A stretch of DNA of 64,000 nt from Cyanophora paradoxa CCMP329 (lineage: Eukaryota > Plantae > Glaucophyta). Below the pieces are notes generated by a model. The model did no database searches, was not told the origin of the DNA, and saw nothing but the letters and a program-made list of their open reading frames with translations. The position numbers and the translations under genes are program-made. Shown one piece after another: positions 55,601 to 64,000 of the stretch (positions within the stretch are counted from its first letter, which is position 1; the number at the start of each line of letters is the position of its first letter). The DNA is taken from the NCBI GenBank assembly GCA_004431415.1, contig QPMI01000114.1:69312-133311 (forward strand), written 5' to 3'.

Positions 55601-58600
55601 CTTATTCATCGCGGCCCGTCGCGGCCCCGCCCGTATTTATTTCATGAGTCGCCGCGGTCCCCGTCCCGGTCCCCTTATTTATCGCGGGCCGTCGTAGCTG
55701 GGCCGGGTGGGGTAGGGTGGGGCCTGGCGGGGCGATGAAATTAAAGGGGAGGGGAGGGATCCTGAGAGCGAATATATATAATTAGGGGAGGAGTTGTCCT
55801 GAGAGGAGTTGTGCTCAGAGAATATAATTATGTAATCAGGGGAATTAATATTGCTGGGGCTGAGAGAATATAACGAGGGGAGGGAAGGTGCTGCCAACCA
55901 GCTAGCTGTAGTTGACCTGGAGGCGCTGAGGAAATTGACAGGAGAGTGTTGAGGGGAGGATTGAGAATCTCGCGGCCAGGCGCATGCGTAGAGCTTGTGA
56001 ATTGCTTAAACAGAATCTCGAATGCGTAGAGGATCGATGTGCGCATGCAGGGCTACGGAGGCGAGGGCGCGCAAATACATGCAGGCCTGTCCAGGATCGA
56101 AAATTTGGCGTTGGCTGGGATATCATGCTCTGTCGCGTCCGCAGAGCTTGTGAAAGGCTTTGAAAAGATGTTAAATACATACTGTAGCGACGGGCATGGG
56201 TGAGGACGCGAGGGCGTGTGGAAAGATGCGCAGGTCCGTCCAGGATCGAATTTTCGGGGTCGGCTGGGTCCTCGCGGTCCGGCGCATCTGCAGAGCGCGC
56301 GGAAGGCCTCTTCTACATCTCAAATGCATATGCTATTGATCCGCGCATGCGCCGCGGCGTCGGCGCGCGGAAAGATGTCCGGGGGTGTGCAGGATCGAAT
56401 TTTCGCCATCGGGTACCTTCCTGAGCTGGCCCGGCTCCGAAAAGCGGATATCTGGGATGCGCAGGCCCTGCTATGTCTATGCGCGCCAGTACGCATCGAA
56501 TGCGCGCGCCGCGGGACCGGACGGAACTGGCAGGATCAGATTTTCGGCCGACTCTTCGCACTGGAGCGTCGACGGCGGCCGAAATCGAGCTTGCAGCGAT
56601 GCGCGCGCCCTGCTCTGTCGTTCTGCATTGCACTGGGGCGTCCCTGGCGCGCTTTCGTCGCGGGACCGGGCGGGACCGGGTCCCACTTTTTGGGGTTTCG
56701 CGATCGAACCGTGGTATAAATACCGGAATCGATCCGTGAGGGAAATTCGATTTTCGCGCGATGCCCACGGGAGAGCGATCGTCTTGGGTAAATTCTAGGG
56801 GAGCTATGAGTGCGAAAATAGATCAATGGAGCCGTGTAACTCTGTGTGACGTCGGAGACCGTTCGCCTTCATTGCGGAGGTCGCGAATCTGGACGCTCGG
56901 ACGAATCGGACTCGATTGGAAAAAAAATAGAATCGGGCGTTCACCATCGACCTACGGAAGAGGCTTCGCCCGACAAGCCCTGGGCCCCTGCGGGTCCCAA
57001 ACATCGGGCGAAGCCCTTGCCGCCCCCTTGGCGTCCCCCTTGTTCATCGCGGCCCGTCGCGGCCTCCTCCTCCCCGTGCGGCTGGGTCCTCGCGGCCCGG
57101 CGCATTTGGAGACCGTGCAAAAGGCTTCGTATACATCTCAAATGCTTATGCTATTGATCCGCGCATGCGCCGCGGCGTGGGCGAGCGGAAAGATGTCCGG
57201 GCCTGTGCAGGATCGAAGTTTTGCCATCGGGCACCTTCCTGCGCTGTTCCGGCTCCGAAAAGCAGATATCTGGAGTGCGCAGTCCCTGCTATGTCTATGC
57301 GCGCCGGTACGCGTCGAATGCGCGCGTCGGGGGACCGGACGGAACTGGCAGGATCAAAATTTCGGCCGACTCTTCGGACTGGAGCGTTGGTGGCGGCCGA
57401 AATCGAGCTCGCAGCGGTGCGCGCGCCCTTGGCTGTCATTGTGACCGCTCTGGCACATCCCTGGCGCGCTTTCGTCGCGGGACCGGGTCCCACTTTTTGG
57501 AGTTTCGCGATCGAACCGGGGTATAAATACCGGAATTGATCCGTGAGGGAAATTCGATTTTCGCGCGACGCTCACGGGAGAGCGATCAAATCGTCTTGGG
57601 TAAATTCTAGGGGAGCTATGGGTGCGAAAATAGATCAATGGAGGCGTGTAACTCTGTGTGACGTCGGAGATCGTTCGCCTTCATTGCGGAGGTTGCGAAC
57701 CTGGACGCTCGGATGAATCGCGGAGCAGTGGAAAAAAATAGAATCGGGCGTTCACCATTGACCTACGGAAGAGGCTTCGCCCGATCTGGATTTCCGACAA
57801 GCCCTGGGCCCCTGCGGGTCCCAAACATCGGGCAAAGCCCTTGCCGCCCCCTTCGCGTCCCCCTTGTTCATCGCGGCCCGTCGCGGCCTCCTCCTCCCCG
57901 TGCGGCTGGGTCCTCGCGGCCCGGCGCATTTGGAGACCGTGCAAAAGGCTTCGTATACATCTCAAATGCTTATGCTATTGATCCGCGCATGCGCCGCGGC
58001 GTGGGCGCGCGGAAAGATGTCCGGGCCTGTGCAGGATCGAAGTTTTGCCATCGGGCACCTTCCTGCGCTGTTCCGGCTCCGAAAAGCAGATATCTGGAGT
58101 GCGCAGTCCCTGCTATGTCTATGCGCGCCGGTACGCGTCGAATGCGCGCGTCGGGGGACCGGACGGAACTGGCAGGATCAAAATTTCGGCCGACTCTTCG
58201 GACTGGAGCGTTGGTGGCGGCCGAAATCGAGCTCGCAGCGGTGCGCGCGCCCTTGGCTGTCATTGTGACCGCTCTGGCACATCCCTGGCGCGCTTTCGTC
58301 GCGGGACCGGGTCCCACTTTTTGGAGTTTCGCGATCGAACCGGGGTATAAATACCGGAATTGATCCGTGAGGGAAATTCGATTTTCGCGCGACGCTCACG
58401 GGAGAGCGATCAAATCGTCTTGGGTAAATTCAAGGGGAGCTATGGGTGCGAAAATAGATCAATGGAGGCGTGTAACTCTGTGTGACGTCGGAGATCGTTC
58501 GCCTTCATTGCGGAGGTCGCGAATCTGGACGCTCGGACGAATCGCGGAGCAGTGGAAAAAAAATAGAATCGGGCGTTCACCATTGACCTACGGAAGAGGC

Positions 58601-61600
58601 TTCGCCCGACAAGCCCTGGGCCCCTGCGGGTCCCAAACATCGGGCGAAGCCTCTGCCGCCCCCTTCGCGTCCCCCTTATTCATCGCGGCCCGTCGCGGCC
58701 CCGCCCGTATTTATTTCATGAGTCGCCGCGGTCCCCGTCCCGGTCCCCTTATTTATCGCGGGCCGTCGTAGCTGGGCCGGGTGGGGTAGGGTGGGGCCTG
58801 GCGGGGCGATGAAATTTAAGGGGAGGGGAGGGATCCTGAGAGCGAATATATATAATTAGGGGAGGAGTTGTCCTGAGAGGAGTTGTGCTCAGAGAATATA
58901 ATTATGTAATCAGGGGAATTAATATTGCTGGGGCTGAGAGAATATAACGAGGGGAGGGAAGGTGCTGCCAACCAGCTAGCTGTAGTTGACCTGGAGGCGC
59001 TGAGGAAATTGACAGGAGAGTGTTGAGGGGAGGATTGAGAATCTCGCGGCCAGGCGCATGCGTAGAGCTTGTGAATTGCTTAAACAGAATCTCGAATGCG
59101 TAGAGGATCGATGTGCGCATGCAGGGCTACGGAGGCGAGGGCGCGCAAATACATGCAGGCCTGTCCAGGATCGAAAATTTGGCGTTGGCTGGGATATCAT
59201 GCTCTGTCGCGTCCGCAGAGCTTGTGAAAGGCTTTGAAAAGATGTTAAATACATACTGTAGCGACGGGCATGGGTGAGGACGCGAGGGCGCGTGGAAAGA
59301 TGCGCAGGTCCGTCCAGGATCGAATTTTCGGGGTCGGCTGGGTCCTCGCGGTCCGGCGCATCTGCAGAGCGCGCGGAAGGCCTCTTCTACATCTCAAATG
59401 CATATGCTATTGATCCGCGCATGCGCCGCGGCGTCGGCGCGCGGAAAGATGTCCGGGGGTGTGCAGGATCGAATTTTCGCCATCGGGTACCTTCCTGAGC
59501 TGGCCCGGCTCCGAAAAGCGGATATCTGGGATGCGCAGGCCCTGCTATGTCTATGCGCGCCAGTACGCATCGAATGCGCGCGCCGCGGGACCGGACGGAA
59601 CTGGCAGGATCAGATTTTCGGCCGACTCTTCGCACTGGAGCGTCGACGGCGGCCGAAATCGAGCTTGCAGCGATGCGCGCGCCCTGCTCTGTCGTTCTGC
59701 ATTGCACTGGGGCGTCCCTGGCGCGCTTTCGTCGCGGGACCGGGCGGACCGGGTCCCACTTTTGGGGTTTCGCGATCGAACCGTGGTATAAATACCGGAA
59801 TCGATCCGTGAGGGAAATTCGATTTTCGCGCGATGCCCACGGGAGAGCGATCGTCTTGGGTAAATTCTAGGGGAGCTATGAGTGCGAAAATAGATCAATG
59901 GAGCCGTGTAACTCTGTGTGACGTCGGAGACCGTTCGCCTTCATTGCGGAGGTCGCGAATCTGGACGCTCGGACGAATCGGACTCGATTGGAAAAAAAAT
60001 AGAATCGGGCGTTCACCATCGACCTACGGAAGAGGCTTCGCCCGACAAGCCCTGGGCCCCTGCGGGTCCCAAACATCGGGCGAAGCCTCCGTCGCCCCCT
60101 TGGCGTCCCCCTTGTTCATCGCGGCCCGTCGCGGCCCGCCCCTCCCTTTGCCCCAAGTCCCCGTCCCGGTCCCTTATTTATCGCGGCCGTCGTGGCTCTC
60201 GTGGCTGGGTGCACGTGGGGTATGGTGGGGCCTGGCGGCCGCGGAGGGGAGGGATCCTGAGAGGGAATATAATTAGGGAGGAGTTGTTCTGAGAGGAGAT
60301 GTGCTCAGAGAATATGATTATGTAATTAGGGAATTAATGTTGCTGGGCTGAGAGAATATAATGAGGGAGGGGTGGTGCTGCCAATCAGCTAGATGTTGTT
60401 GACCTGGAGCCTCGAAGGCGCGGAGGAAATTGACAGGAGAGTGTCGAGGGAGGACTGAGAATCTCGCGGCCAGGCGCATGCGCAGAGCTTATGAATCGCT
60501 TGAGCAGAATCTCGGATGCATACACCATCGATGTCCAGGTGCAGAGCTGCAGAGGCGAGGGCGGGCAGAAATATGTGTAGGCCTGTGCAGGATCGAAATT
60601 TGGCGTCGGCTGGTTCTGGTGCTCTCTCGCCGGCACAGAGCTTGGAAAAGGCTTTGAAAAGAGCTCAAATGATTACTGTAGCGATGGCGTGCGTGGGGAT
60701 GCGATGGCGCGCGGAAAGATGCACAGGTCCGTCCAGGATCGAATTTTCGGGGTCGGCTGGTCCTCGCGGCCCGGCGCATCTGCAAAGCGCGCGGAATGCT
60801 TCTTCTACATCTCAAATGCTTGTACTATTGATGCGCGCGCGCGCCGCGGCGTGGGCGCGCGGAAAGTTGCCCGGGGCTGTGCAGGATCGAATTTCTGCCA
60901 TCGGCACCTTCCTGCGCTGTTCCGGCTCCGAAAAGCGATATCTGGAGTGCGCAGGCCCTGCTATGTCTATGCGCGCCAGTACGCATCGAATGTGCGTGTC
61001 GGGGGACCGGGCGGAACCGGCTGGCTCAAAGTTTGGGCCGACTCTTCGGACTGGAGCGTCGGCGGCGGCCGAAATCGAGCTTGCAGCGGTGCGCGCGCCC
61101 TTGACTCTCATTCTGAAGCGGTCTGGGGCGTCCCTGGCGCGCTTTCGTCGCGGGACCGGGCGGGACCAGGTCCCACTTTTTGCGGTTTCGCGATCGAACC
61201 GTGGTATAAATACCGGAATCGATCCTGGAGGGAAATTCGATTTTCGTCCGATGCCCACGGGAGAGCGATCCTGGAGGGAAATTCGATTTTCGTCCGATGC
61301 CCACTGGGCCACGGGAGAGCGATCATCTTGGGTAATTTCTAGGGGAGCTATGAGTGCGAAAATAGATCAATGGAGCCGTGTAACTCTGTGTGACGTCGGA
61401 GATCGTTCGCCTTCATTGCGGAGGTCGCGAATCAGGACGCTCGGACCAATCGCATTCGAGTGGAAAAAAAATAGAATCGGGCGTTCACCATCGACCTACG
61501 GACAAGCCCTGGGCCCTGCGGGTCCCAAAGGTCGGGCGAAGCCTCAGCCGCCCTCCTCGCGCCCCCCTTTATCATCGCGGCCCGTCGCGGCTGTCGGTGG

Positions 61601-63910
61601 GTCCGTGGGCAGGGAGAGGGGAGGGAGGGCTGGTGAGAGGAAATATAAATAGGGGAGCAGTACGCGTCCCCTTTAATTATTTATCGCGGCCCGTCGCGGC
61701 TGTCAGTAGAGGGAGAGGGGAGGGAGGGCTGGTGAGAGGAATATAATATGGAGGAGTTGTCCTGAGAGGAGTTGTCCTGAGAGAATATAATTTTGTAATC
61801 AGGGGAATTGCTGCAGCTGAGAGAGAATCATTTGAATATAATGAGGGGAGGGTGGTGCTGCCAATCAGCTAGCTGTAGTTGAGCTCGAGGCCCTGAGGAA
61901 ATTGAGAGGAGATTGTCGAGGGACGGCGAGGTTGTCGCGGCCAGGCGCATGCACAGAGCTTATAAATCGCTTAAACAGAATCTTCAATGCATACATGATC
62001 GATGTCCAGGGCTGCGGAGGGCGCGCGGAAAGATGCGCAGGTCCGTCCAGGATCGAATTTTCGGGGTCGGCTGGGTCCTCGCGGCCCGGCGCATTTAGAG
62101 ACCGTGCGAAAGGCTTCTTCTACATCTCAAATGCGTATACTATTGATCCGCGCATGCGCCGCGGCCTGGGCGTGCGGAAAGTTGCCCGGGGCCGTGGAGG
62201 ATCGAATTTCTGCCGTCGGGCACCTTCCTGCGCTGTTCCGGCTCCGAAAAGCGGTATCTGGAGTGCGCAGGCCGTGCTATGTCTATGCGCGCCAGTACGC
62301 ATCGATTGCGCGCGTCGCGGTACCGGCCGGAACCGCAGGATCAAAAGTTCGGCCGACCTTTCGACTGGAGCGTTGGCGCGGCCGAAATCGAGCTTGTGGC
62401 GATGCGCACGCCCTCGCTCTCATTCTGTACGTTTGGGGCGTCGCTGGCGCGGACCGGGTCCCACGTTTTGGATTTCGCGATCGCGCCAGGGTATAAGTAT
62501 TGGAATTGATCCGAGAGGGAAATTCGATTTTTCGTGCGAGGACCCAGGAGTGCAGATCGAATTTGAGGGGAGCCACGAGTCCAAAAATAAGTGTAACGTC
62601 CGTGTCGAGCCAAGTGACGTCGGAGACCGTTCGCCTTCATTGTGGAGGTTGTCAACCTCGACGCTCGGACCAATCGGACTCGACTGGAAAAAAATAAATG
62701 GGCACGTTCACCATCGATCTACGGAAGAGGCTTCGCCCGAAGAGGCTTCGCCCGACAAGCCCTGGGCCCTGCGGGTCCCAAACATCGGCGAAGCCTCTGC
62801 CGCCCTTCGCGTCCCCTTATTCATCGCGGCCCGTCGCGGCCCCGCCGTATTTATTTCATGAGTCGCCGCGGTCCCGTCCCGTCCCTTATTTATCGCGGGC
62901 CGTCGTAGCTGGGCCGGGTGGGGTAGGGTGGGCTGGCGGGGCGATGAAATTAAAGGGAGGGGAGGGATCCTGAGAGCGAATATATATAATTAGGGGAGAG
63001 TGTCCTGAGAGGAGTTGTGCTCAGAGAATATAATTATGTAATCAGGGGAATTAATATTGCTGGGCTGAGAGAATATAACGAGGGAGGAAGGTGCTGCCAA
63101 CCAGCTAGCTGTAGTTGACTGAGGCGCTGAGAAATTGACAGGAGAGTGTTGAGGGAGGATTGAGAATCTCGCGGCCAGGCGCATGCGTAGAGCTTGTGAA
63201 TGCTTAAACAGAATCTCGAATGCGTAGAGGATCGATGTGCGCATGCAGGCTACGGAGCGAGGGCGCGCAAATACATGCAGGCCTGTCAGGATCGAAAATT
63301 TGGCGTTGGCTGGATATGCTCTGTCGCGTCCGCAGAGCTTGTGAAAGGCTTTGAAAAGATGTTAAATACATACTGTAGCGACGGGCATGGGTGAGGACGC
63401 GAGGCGTGTGGAAAGATGCGCAGTCCGTCCAGGATCGAATTTCGGGTCGCTGGTCCTCCGTCCGGCGATCTGCAGAGCGCGCGGAAGGCCTCTCTACATC
63501 TCAAATGCAATGCTATTGATCCGCGCAGCGCGCGGCGTCGCGCGCGAAAGATGCCGGGGTTGCAGGATCGAATTTTCGCCATCGGGTACCTTCCTGAGTG
63601 GCCGGCTCCGAAAAGCGGATATCTGGGATGCGCAGGCCCTGCTATGTCTATGCGCGCCAGTACGCATCATGAATGCGCGCGCGGGACCGGACGGAACTGG
63701 CAGGATCAGATTTTCGGCCGACTCTCGCACTGGAGCGTCGACGGCGGCGAAATCGAGCTTGCAGCGATGCGCAGCGCCCTGCTCTGTCGTTCTGCATTGC
63801 ACTGGGTGTCCCTGGCGCGCTTTCGTCGCGGGACCGGGCGGACGGGGTCCCACTTTTTTGGGGTTTTGCGATCGAACCGTGGTATACGTATAAATACCGG
63901 AATCGATCCG
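49655..63910. repeat. Tandem macrosatellite array (~10 units of ~1.25-1.66 kb plus ~0.82-kb deletion variants)
   Basis: Landmark gaca(a/t)gccctgggccc at about 50828, 52280, 53870, 55534, 56971, 57795, 58608, 60043, 61500, 62753; near-identical ORF translations recur at 1664, 824 and 3074 bp offsets. Confidence 0.95.
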
Positions 63911-64000
63911 TCATTGCTCGCCGCCGGCCGGAAAAAAATTCTCTGCTCAAAACGTTGCAACTAGCCGGCTTGTGATACACAAGCACCGCCTGAGGTCCGC

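Noticed and set aside
62200-63900. Rapidly diverging terminal satellite units
   Set aside because: Differences are mostly 1-bp homopolymer losses, typical of low-coverage long-read consensus error
49764-63986. Repeated ORFs (up to 468 aa) in the satellite as a tandem gene family
   Set aside because: Frames are not preserved between units, ORFs occur on both strands, and no domain is recognisable
49655-64000. Telomere or rDNA array
   Set aside because: No telomeric short repeats and no recognisable rRNA or tRNA sequence

Overview
GC-rich eukaryotic DNA with short (~55-90 nt) GC-rich spliceosomal introns, probably from an alga or protist; the taxon cannot be established from the sequence alone. 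Host genes are a GT23/FUT8-like fucosyltransferase, an RWP-RK transcription factor, a membrane-anchored Nudix hydrolase, a coiled-coil protein, a DUF6492-like glycosyltransferase and some unknown genes. They are interspersed with nested mobile elements. LINE-A (9343-28632, 17-bp TSD) is 5'-truncated but has an uninterrupted 10.5-kb ORF (APE tail, RT, RNase H, CCHC). Its RNase H is split by a ~1,180-aa in-frame insertion carrying two tandem Ulp1/C48 SUMO-protease-like domains, one apparently dead and one with an intact triad. A related LINE-B (20032-28310, 21-bp TSD) has a normal contiguous RNase H and sits antisense in LINE-A's 3' UTR. A Tx1/L1-like LINE-C (10-bp TSD) sits inside a pogo/Tc2-like MITE and is followed by a truncated LINE-B copy. 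A 1.3-kb segmental duplication creates a possible chimeric gene. The last ~14 kb is a tandem macrosatellite whose ~1.45-1.65-kb units are partly built from diverged ~149-bp monomers, a candidate centromeric higher-order repeat.
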